64,000 nt of DNA, from contig JANOTL010000098.1 of assembly GCA_031416315.1 (NCBI GenBank), positions 29,857-93,856 of the forward strand, given 5' to 3'. Shown here in pieces: positions 57,501 to 64,000 of this stretch. The notes beneath the pieces were generated by a model. The model was given only the letters and a program-made list of their open reading frames with translations. It ran no database searches and was not told where the DNA came from. Made by a program: the position numbers and the translations under genes. This DNA comes from Pseudomonadota bacterium. Its GTDB lineage: Bacteria > Bdellovibrionota_B > Oligoflexia > Oligoflexales > CAIYRB01. Position 1 is the first letter of the stretch, and each line of letters begins with the position of its first letter.

Positions 57501-58065
57501 CAACCCGACTTCGCACGGCTCCAACCCCGAGAACCTCTTTGCCGTGGGCAACAAACTCTTTTTCTCCGCCTACACGGCCACGGCGGGACGAGAGCTCTGG
57601 ATCAGCGACGACGGGACACCCACTGGCACACGCCAAGTGAAGAACATCGCCGGCAGTAGCGCCAGCTCGGAGCCCCGCCCGATCGGCGCCATCGGCGCGA
57701 AGCTCATCTTCTTTGCGAAAGCCGCCTCAGGACCCTTCCGCCTCTACAAGTCGGACGGCACCGACGGCGGTACGGTCCCGATCGACGCAACCAAGTCCTT
57801 CAAGACCAACACGATGAGCTTCAAAGACCCGCGCGCCGTCGCGACGCTCCAAGGCGCCGCGCTGCACTTCGTCGCCGACGACGGGGTCAGCGGCCAAGAG
57901 CTCTGGACCACCGACGGCAACGCCACCGTTGAGATCTTGATCGACCTTACGCCGGAAGCCGGCGCCTCGAGCCGCATCTGGAATCCAATCGTGATGGACG
58001 ACGTGTTGTACTTCCAGGCGGCGGCGCCAGACCAGGGTCTCCAGCTGTGGCGCTTCTCGCCGTAA
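54553..58065 (+). CDS. ELWxxDGT-repeat beta-propeller lipoprotein
   Basis: SD GGAGG; lipobox ATGC; GS linker; many G.ELW.(S/T)DGT repeats. Confidence 0.92.
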   Translation: MAYIRLMALVLVSGLWATGCSKDEGQAKKKSSKKAVTGASGATSGTGTGSGSASGSGTGSGTGSGSAVVAVPAAPVPEPAVELPPVPAPGKFLIDDAPTDVAGLIKFTVKWASSKNAATYDVSLADNEECTDAVVVALDVPQVADAQQMTVELPPQEAGERRLCIFAKNVTGSTPALTNGKFIINFSGNQAPTAGVIEILEAPSPFIGGNPYKARVKVTDFADLEGDPVELKLGANACDLTAAFDVDSGEYWLTHTAMGHESCDLELTLGDGKVDCPVDVCEKKTQHLAAIGVVKEINKVANRGGMLRGAEKIVSLSATKIIFPVYTPAAGLELWVSTGANDNGVLLKDIAPGSASGFAGGEIVVMGTNAFFSGYTYENGFELWKTDGTAAGTVLVNDIQGGEPSSHPRDLFADGATLYFTARDKLNGREIWKSNGDAGNATLVKDVNAGPDDGVQGAAFFAKVDNAANSGVIFRGCDAAEGCEIWKIASDGSTAAALKNLVPTSRLGGNPGAAGSLGAAAYFSVQSGPSIGLNKTDGTNGGTAVHLASALNARDFIKVGTKLYFLAQEAGSPLWKVFRTDGTAAAKLMVAGVPNAQGLMAGDDEIYFWVGAVGGAELWRWDNAANATTAEKIGDFARIPYDFLGSSALDGSTMYFAADGLDKGVELWRVASDKTLTNFDVNGGGDGGPAGMLNVDGVIYFGADDGSTGRELRKIVANDKALVVDAGKGPGDTFPANHSGVAEMVLSQADNKKMYFTAEDEARGRELWSTIGTGASTQIVADVRTGPSSGVLTGSVYETVALSKTLTVFGADGIHEGEGGEGAEVWSTDNTFENTVRIVEQTTGAVGSNPRSFRRVRNKAYFCSDHGLFRTDGTTLSPVPTTLLKFVDCDKVQMTVAGDVLYFVAEHTTLGTIVFSLSEAGDPSAVPAPVPLSVDTTGKEDLPHFLAAVGSAMYFTAQMTGLGYELWRSDAGASVKTPTMGDLNPTSHGSNPENLFAVGNKLFFSAYTATAGRELWISDDGTPTGTRQVKNIAGSSASSEPRPIGAIGAKLIFFAKAASGPFRLYKSDGTDGGTVPIDATKSFKTNTMSFKDPRAVATLQGAALHFVADDGVSGQELWTTDGNATVEILIDLTPEAGASSRIWNPIVMDDVLYFQAAAPDQGLQLWRFSP

Positions 58066-58152
58066 GCCCGGGGTTTCGCTGACCTAGCAGGCTCCCCCCA
58101 AAAAGCGGTATGCTGACCGAAACTCAGCATCTGTTTTTGGGGGGATTCTCTT

Positions 58153-59190
58153 ATGTTGCGATCCGCATTGGGTCTTGCCGGAGCTTTGCTCGTCGTCGGT
58201 TGCGGCGGGCAGAAGTCACCCGAGTCGTCGTCCTCGACGAGCACGTTCTTCGTGCCGCGAGGGGCGATGAGCGCGTTGGCGAGCACGGAGGGCCTCGAGG
58301 TCGTGGGCAATCACGACTCCGGCCTGATGGTGCGCGCGCCGAAAGCCGTCGAGCGCGACGTGCTCACCGCCTCCCGCGACAGCTTTCAGATGGACGGTGA
58401 CGGCGCGAAGCCGGAATTCACGCGCTACAACTACCAGTCGATGGAGCAGAAGCTTCGCGACCTCGCGGCCCGCTATCCCGAGCTCGCCACGCTGCAGGCC
58501 TACGGCACCTCGCGCCAGGGTCGCAACGAGTACGTGCTCACCGTGGGCCACGGCGAGGATCCGAAACCCGAGCTGATGATCACGGGCGCCACGCACGGCA
58601 ACGAGACGATCACGGTCGACGTGGTCCTCGGCTTGGTCGAGCAGCTCCTCGCAGGCTACGGCACCGATCAACGCCTCACCACGATGCTCGAGGATCACAC
58701 GATCCACTTCATTCCTGCGGTTTGCGTCGACAGCTACGTGGCCCGCCAGCGGCAAACCGAGGGTCGCGATCCGAACCGCGATTATCCGTGGCCGGAGACG
58801 CCGAGCCGGACCCCCGTCGGCTGCATCCGCGACGTCATGGGCTTCTTCGACGCCAAGCCGATCGTCGGCACGATGGACATCCACGCCGCGGCTTCGATGA
58901 TCATGTTCCCGTGGGCCTGGACTTACGACGACATCCCTGCCGCGGACTTCCGCAAGATGGACGAGCTGACGACCCACATGGCGCAGGCGAACGGCTTCGA
59001 GCACGGCGCCATCGCGTCGACCATCTACGTCGCGAAAGGCTCTTCCGCCGACTACTACTATTGGAAGAAGGGCGCGATCGCGACGGCGATCGAGGTGTCG
59101 CACAACAAGGCGGCACAAGGTCTCCACGCGATCGACCCGATCGTCGTCGAGAACACCGAGTCGACCTGGCGGTTCATCGAGAGTTTCTAA
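58153..59190 (+). CDS. M14 zinc carboxypeptidase lipoprotein
   Basis: Lipobox VVGC; HGNE, DPNRDY, DIH, GSSADY and IE motifs. Confidence 0.9.
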   Translation: MLRSALGLAGALLVVGCGGQKSPESSSSTSTFFVPRGAMSALASTEGLEVVGNHDSGLMVRAPKAVERDVLTASRDSFQMDGDGAKPEFTRYNYQSMEQKLRDLAARYPELATLQAYGTSRQGRNEYVLTVGHGEDPKPELMITGATHGNETITVDVVLGLVEQLLAGYGTDQRLTTMLEDHTIHFIPAVCVDSYVARQRQTEGRDPNRDYPWPETPSRTPVGCIRDVMGFFDAKPIVGTMDIHAAASMIMFPWAWTYDDIPAADFRKMDELTTHMAQANGFEHGAIASTIYVAKGSSADYYYWKKGAIATAIEVSHNKAAQGLHAIDPIVVENTESTWRFIESF

Positions 59191-59207
59191 AGCAGAGACG
59201 AAACGCG

Positions 59208-59242
59208 AACGGCGGGCCCCATCACTGGTGCCCGCCGTTTTT
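59208..59242 (+). terminator. Rho-independent terminator
   Basis: AACGGCGGGC-N12-GCCCGCCGTT then TTT. Confidence 0.8.
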
Positions 59243-59268
59243 CACGTTCCTTGCGGTCTTCGAAGAAC

Positions 59269-60378
59269 TCAGTTCTCCGTCGGATCCGCGAACGGCTCAC
59301 CTGCGAGTGCGGCCTCGTAAAGGGTGCCGAGCATTTGGAAGTAGCCCTGGAAGGCCGGACGCTCCTGCGTCCACAAGAAGTCGGGGCGCGCCTCGCCGAG
59401 CCACTCGCCGCCGATGATCACGCCGTTCGCGTCGAGCTCGACGCGGTAGTCGTAGATCGCCTGAAGGGATGGATTGGCGGGGGTGCCGACGAGCGCATCC
59501 CATTTCGGGGCGACTTCGATGGTGTAAGTCATCACGGTTTGTACGACGGCCTCCTGCACGGTGCCGACGGCGGCGCCAGCGGACGGCGGCTGGTACGCGA
59601 GGATCTGCGCGGAGAAGCCGTGGATCGGCTGGTTCCAGACCTGCACGTCGCGGGTGACGTCGGCGACGAAGCCTTGCTTCAGGATGCCGAGTTGGTTGGC
59701 GACGACGACGTGGAAGGCACCGGCGTTGGTGTCGCGGCACTCGGGGTTGAGCGCGGCTTCCGGGTTGGTGGCGAGGTCGAAGTTGCAGCGCGAGCCGAGG
59801 AATTTCGTCTTCGGCCGCGTCATCTCGCCCTGATAGTAGCTGAGGAGCGCTTTGACGTCGGCGGAGCCGAACGGGATCGCAACGCCGTTGGCGCCTTCGA
59901 TCAGGATCGGCTTCGGCTCGGCGAAGTTGAGCGCGGCCGGTGCCCAGCCGTGGCAGATACCTTCCCAGGTGGCGCGGTCGGGGCTGGTGCGCGCGCGCTC
60001 GCGCTGTACCAAGGGGTAATCATAGCGGCCGACGAAGGCGTCGAATTTTTCCGCGGGAGAGAGCACGGCGCGCTCGGCGATCGACATCGACAGCAGCGTC
60101 CCGAAGTCGGGCGAGACGTAGGCGAAGGGATCGTCGTCCAGCTTCCAACGATTAGAGATGCCGGCCTGATTGCTCGGCCAGTAGGTGTCGCTCCAAGGGG
60201 TCGTGTCCAGCGCGCCGGTCAACGGCAGGCTCGCGAGCGTGCGCTCGTATTCGCCGGAGAGTTGCAGCGGGTCGTTCTTCGCGTTCCAGGCCTCTTGGGT
60301 GCTGGAGGGGTCGACGGGGCGCGCGCCACAGGCCGTGACGAGAAGGGCGGTCGCGAGAAGGGTCGCTTGCTTCGACAT
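59269..60378 (-). CDS. Lipoprotein of the GP42/transglutaminase-elicitor family
   Basis: Lipobox VTAC; PWSDTYWP, LSPAEKFD, WEGICHGW, DVKAL, DTNAGAFH, VWNQP, IIGGEW and PDFLW motifs; real start ATG 60378. Confidence 0.85.
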   Translation of the reverse strand: MSKQATLLATALLVTACGARPVDPSSTQEAWNAKNDPLQLSGEYERTLASLPLTGALDTTPWSDTYWPSNQAGISNRWKLDDDPFAYVSPDFGTLLSMSIAERAVLSPAEKFDAFVGRYDYPLVQRERARTSPDRATWEGICHGWAPAALNFAEPKPILIEGANGVAIPFGSADVKALLSYYQGEMTRPKTKFLGSRCNFDLATNPEAALNPECRDTNAGAFHVVVANQLGILKQGFVADVTRDVQVWNQPIHGFSAQILAYQPPSAGAAVGTVQEAVVQTVMTYTIEVAPKWDALVGTPANPSLQAIYDYRVELDANGVIIGGEWLGEARPDFLWTQERPAFQGYFQMLGTLYEAALAGEPFADPTEN

Positions 60379-60542
60379 GGGAGCGGAGGTCCTTGTTTGG
60401 ATGAGTCGCCGTTCTGACGACGCGGGTTCTAACAGAAGCGGGTCAGGAGTGTTAGGCATGGCCGGCCAGCCGATGCTGATTTGTACGATGCGGCGAATGC
60501 ATGGTCGTAAGATCCCGAATGGACGGTCGAATCGCGCACGAC

Positions 60543-60569
60543 TCAGGCCCTGGGCAATATTGCCGATAA
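60543..60569 (+). promoter_or_regulatory. sigma28-type promoter, ATG 7 nt downstream
   Basis: TCAG-N15-GCCGATAA. Confidence 0.65.
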
Positions 60570-60576
60570 AGCGGGT

Positions 60577-61674
60577 ATGCGTCTCCGTCCCGCACATTTC
60601 GTCGTTCAATTGGTCGCAACTGCCTCCCTCGTGGCGGCCTGCAGCGGCGGCAGCGGGCTCGCCGGCGGCGGCAGCAAAGCGGAATCCGCCAAAAAAAGCG
60701 AGGCCAGCGGCTCGGGCTCCGGCTCTTCCCCGATCAGCGCGAAGCCGGGCGAGGACGAGGTCAGTGTCGCCGACGAGCCGGCGATGGTCTCGGGTGCTTT
60801 CTTGACCTGCGGGCCCGCTCGGGATGCCGCCGAGGCTTTTGGCTGCGTCTTCCGCAAGAAGGACGGCGCGAAGTTGCCGGAGTCGCCGAGCGAGCCGGTG
60901 GCCCTCGTCAGCCTGACCGACGGTCGTACGGTGAAGCCGCCGATGAAAGCGGCATCGAGCGTGAGCCCTTGGCACTATCACTTCAAGATCGAGCCGGCGG
61001 ATTTGCCGCTCGTCAGCGCGATGGAATTGCGGGCGAAGGTCGGCGGCAAGGCGTTCAAGCGCAAGACGACGCGTATGGACGAGGCGCCGGATGCGCCGCT
61101 GGATGCGCCGCGCGAGCCGTCCGCGCCGAAGCCGGCGTCCAAAGCCGCGGAGTTCGTGGACCCCGCGATGATGTTCGTGACGTCGAAGAAGTTCGCGCCG
61201 GGGACGGCCGAATTCTCGAGCCGCGCCGCCGCCGACAAGCAATGCGCCGAGGCTGCGAAGACCGCGGGTCTGACATCGACGAGCGGATGGATCGCCTTCC
61301 TCTTCAACGCCGAGTCCGAGCCTCGCGTCTATGACTTGAGCCTCGGCGCCGTGAATGTTGACGGCGAGATCCTTGCCACTAACGAAGTGACGTTTTGGAG
61401 TGGCCCGAAGCTCATGGCCGCAATCCTGACGGAGTACAGTGAGAAGCTCGAGCCCTCGTCGGCGCTCACCTGGACCGGTTTCTCCGACGCGAAACTCGAC
61501 CCGACGAAGGCTTCGGATGAAGTCGTCGTCGACGCGACCTGCGGCGACTGGACTTCGTCCGAGCCGACCTCGAGCGCGATGGTCGGCAACGCGACCTTGC
61601 CGCAGATACACTGGCTCGGCGATGCCCTCAGTGACTGCGCCGCAAAACTCCACCTTTTTTGCATCACGCCCTGA
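60577..61674 (+). CDS. Lipoprotein with VSGAFL N-terminal domain and C-terminal DUF1554/C-type-lectin-like domain
   Basis: Lipobox VAAC; MFVTS...AADKQC...A...W.AFL...WTG...C.DWTS...C....LFC. Confidence 0.78.
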   Translation: MRLRPAHFVVQLVATASLVAACSGGSGLAGGGSKAESAKKSEASGSGSGSSPISAKPGEDEVSVADEPAMVSGAFLTCGPARDAAEAFGCVFRKKDGAKLPESPSEPVALVSLTDGRTVKPPMKAASSVSPWHYHFKIEPADLPLVSAMELRAKVGGKAFKRKTTRMDEAPDAPLDAPREPSAPKPASKAAEFVDPAMMFVTSKKFAPGTAEFSSRAAADKQCAEAAKTAGLTSTSGWIAFLFNAESEPRVYDLSLGAVNVDGEILATNEVTFWSGPKLMAAILTEYSEKLEPSSALTWTGFSDAKLDPTKASDEVVVDATCGDWTSSEPTSSAMVGNATLPQIHWLGDALSDCAAKLHLFCITP

Positions 61675-61686
61675 TCGGTAGCTGCA

Positions 61687-63126
61687 CTAGCGGTCGAGGG
61701 GCTCGGTCGTCAGCGTCTTGACGAGCTCGTTCCATGCGGTGACCAGCTCGGTCTCGAAGACCGGTGTCGTCCATTCACCGCTTTCCTGGCGGAGTACCTT
61801 GCCGGCGCCTTTCAGGAGGACCCAGTCGGTTGCGGCTTGGTGGCCGCGGTTCTTCTTGTCATGCGCGATGAGCTCGAGCAGCTCCGGGAACAGGCGCTTG
61901 TCCTTGAGGTCGGTGATGCCGAGGTGGCGCGTGAGCGTCGCGCCGCCGACGATCGCGCCACACTTGTGGAGATGCTCGATCATCGCGTCGGATTCGGTGC
62001 GGTTCAGGTTGGCGACGCGGCGCGAGAGGATGAACGCGTAGAGCATGCCGTAGGCGACCGCCTCGCCGTGCAGGAGCGTCGTCTCGCCTTGCGTGCGCGC
62101 TTGCGAGATCGTCTCGAAGGCATGCGCGAGCGTGTGGCCGAAGTTGAGCGTCGCGCGGCGACCGTTCTCGGCCGGATCCTCGGCGACGACGTCGGCCTTG
62201 AAGCCGATGACGGCGGGAAGGAGGCCGCCGAGGGCCGCGAGATCTTGCGCCGCGATGCTCTTCGTCAGCTCGGCGGCGAGGATGTTGTTGCCGCTGAGGA
62301 AGGCGTGCTTCAGGCATTCGGAGCCGCCGGCGCGCAGCTCGCGCGGTGGGAGCGTCGTGAGCCAGCCGGTCCAGGCGCTGACGGCCTCGGGGAAGTGGAA
62401 GCTGCCAATCTGGTTCTTGCCGAAGTTGCCGAAGTTGACGCCCGTCTTGCCGCCGACGCAAGCATCTGCCATGGCGAGGAGCGTGGTCGGGACGAGGTCG
62501 AGGCGTGCGTCGACCTGGCTGGCGACGAAGGCGACGATGTCGGCGAGGCAGCCGCCGCCGATCGAGACGATACGGCCTTGGCCTTTCGCCGCGGCCGGCG
62601 ACGCGCGCCAGGCTTCGGCGATCTTGGCGGCGGTCGCCAAGGTCTTCGCGTGCTCGTCGACGGCGACGACGAGGTGGTGCGGCAGGAGCGGGAGGAGGGC
62701 GGGCCAAGCCTTGACGACGTTCGCGTCGACGACGTGGAAATTCTCGGCGGCGAAGAGCGCGGCGGGGACGTCGTGGCTCGCGGCCGGGTCGATGTGGATC
62801 GGGTAGCTGCCGGAGCGCGCGGCGAGCGTCGGGGCGCCGGTCGGGGTCTCGTGGCGCACGGCGACGCCGCGCTTGTAGACGCGGGCGGCGGCTTCGAGGG
62901 CTACGGTCGAGTCGAGCTTCTTCGTCAGCTCCCAGCCGGTCGCGCGGGGTAGCTTCTTTTGAAAGGCGAGGCGCAGGGTCGCGAGCGTGAGCGGCGGCCA
63001 GCCGAAAGCGCGTTCGATGGCGGCGTCTTCGTCTTGCACGAGCGCGGAGTCTGGCGTGCGATCCCAGCGGTACCAGGCGGTCGCCTTCACCGGCGGATGG
63101 GGGAGCGTCCACTTGAGCTGGAGCAT
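61687..63126 (-). CDS. aroB: 3-dehydroquinate synthase with about 100-aa N-terminal extension
   Basis: GGGC..D, PTTLLAMADACVGGKTGVN, KNQIGSF, E.LKH, LNFGHT.AHA, HGEAVA.G and DKK motifs. Confidence 0.9.
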   Translation of the reverse strand: MLQLKWTLPHPPVKATAWYRWDRTPDSALVQDEDAAIERAFGWPPLTLATLRLAFQKKLPRATGWELTKKLDSTVALEAAARVYKRGVAVRHETPTGAPTLAARSGSYPIHIDPAASHDVPAALFAAENFHVVDANVVKAWPALLPLLPHHLVVAVDEHAKTLATAAKIAEAWRASPAAAKGQGRIVSIGGGCLADIVAFVASQVDARLDLVPTTLLAMADACVGGKTGVNFGNFGKNQIGSFHFPEAVSAWTGWLTTLPPRELRAGGSECLKHAFLSGNNILAAELTKSIAAQDLAALGGLLPAVIGFKADVVAEDPAENGRRATLNFGHTLAHAFETISQARTQGETTLLHGEAVAYGMLYAFILSRRVANLNRTESDAMIEHLHKCGAIVGGATLTRHLGITDLKDKRLFPELLELIAHDKKNRGHQAATDWVLLKGAGKVLRQESGEWTTPVFETELVTAWNELVKTLTTEPLDR

Positions 63127-63195
63127 GCCTCAATTTTCCTTTTATTATAGGAAGTTGTAGCATGCCTGGCTCGGGGCGGCAAGAGGAGGGGCGGC

Positions 63196-63222
63196 TCAAG
63201 TCGCGGCAGTAGCGGCCGATAA
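63196..63222 (+). promoter_or_regulatory. sigma28-type promoter upstream of the response regulator
   Basis: TCAA-N15-GCCGATAA. Confidence 0.7.
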
Positions 63223-63258
63223 CGGAGAGGCACCCAAGACGAGAGCGAAATACGATCC

Positions 63259-63768
63259 ATGGATCAGCGCAAGCCAGGGTTTCTTCGGGCAGATAAGTCG
63301 CTTCGGCGGCAGATCGAGTCCATTAAGCGCCAGAAGATCGTGAACAAGAAGGTCGTGAGCCTCTCCGACTTTCGCGAGCTTCGCCAGCGCGTCGACGTGC
63401 GCTCGATCCTCGTGGTCGACGACGACGAGGTCATGCGCAACGCCCTGAAGCGCATCCTGGAAAACGAAGGCTACAAGGTCATCCTCGCGGTCGACGGTTT
63501 GGAGCTGTCGAAGATCCTCGAGGCCACCCGTTTGGATCTGATCCTTTTGGACGTCAACCTGCCTTGGGTCGATGGCTACGAGCTATGCCGCCTGATCAAG
63601 GACCACCCGACCCTCCGCGAGGTTCCGACGGTCCTGGTGTCCGCGCGCAAGAGCAAGGACGACATCCAGGCCGGGTTCGAGGCCGGCTGCAACGACTACG
63701 TCACGAAGCCCTTCGACATCGACTACATGACGGGCGTGATCAACAAGATGCTGCTCAAGTCGAGTTGA
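63259..63768 (+). CDS. Single-domain response regulator with N-terminal basic extension
   Basis: ILVVDDD, LLDV, VDGYE, VSAR and TKPF receiver motifs; no output domain. Confidence 0.92.
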   Translation: MDQRKPGFLRADKSLRRQIESIKRQKIVNKKVVSLSDFRELRQRVDVRSILVVDDDEVMRNALKRILENEGYKVILAVDGLELSKILEATRLDLILLDVNLPWVDGYELCRLIKDHPTLREVPTVLVSARKSKDDIQAGFEAGCNDYVTKPFDIDYMTGVINKMLLKSS

Positions 63769-63786
63769 ATACTGGGGTTTTGCCGC

Positions 63787-63815
63787 TTGACAGGCGGATC
63801 TGGCGCCAGTAATTG
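63787..63815 (+). promoter_or_regulatory. Probable sigma70 promoter of tRNA-Asn
   Basis: Perfect TTGACA; weak -10 (TAATTG) at 17-nt spacing. Confidence 0.45.
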
Positions 63816-63835
63816 TTCTGACTGGCCGAAGGTAC

Positions 63836-63910
63836 TCCTCAGTAGCTCAGTGGTAGAGCAGGTGACTGTTAATCACCTGGTCGTAGGTTCGAGTCCTACC
63901 TGGGGAGCCA
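63836..63910 (+). tRNA. tRNA-Asn(GTT)
   Basis: TCCTCAG acceptor, AGCTCAGTGGTAGAGC, anticodon arm GGTGA-CTGTTAA-TCACC, GGTTCGAGTCC, CCA end. Confidence 0.97.
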
Positions 63911-64000
63911 TCCTAATCACGGTGTTACCGGATTTGAGATGGGCGCGGTTGGTAGCCGCGGGACAGTAGCGGGACAGTTGCTGAAGTTGGAAGCTTCGGC

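Noticed and set aside
60379..61653. N-terminal 425 aa of the 794-aa ORF 59269..61653
   Set aside because: Antisense to the 60577 lipoprotein; the real start is ATG 60378 (MSKQATLL...TAC)

Overview
High-GC bacterial chromosomal window. The gene repertoire (many Cys-rich orphan lipoproteins, an oomycete-type transglutaminase, ELWxxDGT and FG-GAP giants, IcmF) suggests Bdellovibrionota/Oligoflexia or a related deltaproteobacterial-type lineage; this is inference. Housekeeping genes (gpmI, mazG, rpsT, rpmB, rpsR, priA, clpP, etfBA, bamD, mltD, icmF, aroB, tRNA-Leu(CAG), tRNA-Asn(GTT)) alternate with about 15 secreted or surface lipoproteins. I see no CRISPR array, integrase or transposase. Main observations: (1) 7-8 sigma28/FliA-type promoters in front of non-flagellar envelope and surface genes, three apparently leaderless, consistent with an attack-phase-like regulon; (2) an uncalled 43-aa basic ORF ending the rpsR-rpmB operon, a candidate extra ribosomal protein; (3) a class A PBP with intact transglycosylase but dead transpeptidase motifs, divergent from a MepA-like peptidase; (4) a HEAT-repeat protein with a C-terminal HEPN-like RX4H motif; (5) an unnamed N-terminal domain shared by two lipoproteins; (6) a transglutaminase with a Pep-13-like motif; (7) an ice-binding lipoprotein next to a truncated oxidoreductase; (8) a 63-bp-arm inverted repeat and a probable island boundary after tRNA-Asn.
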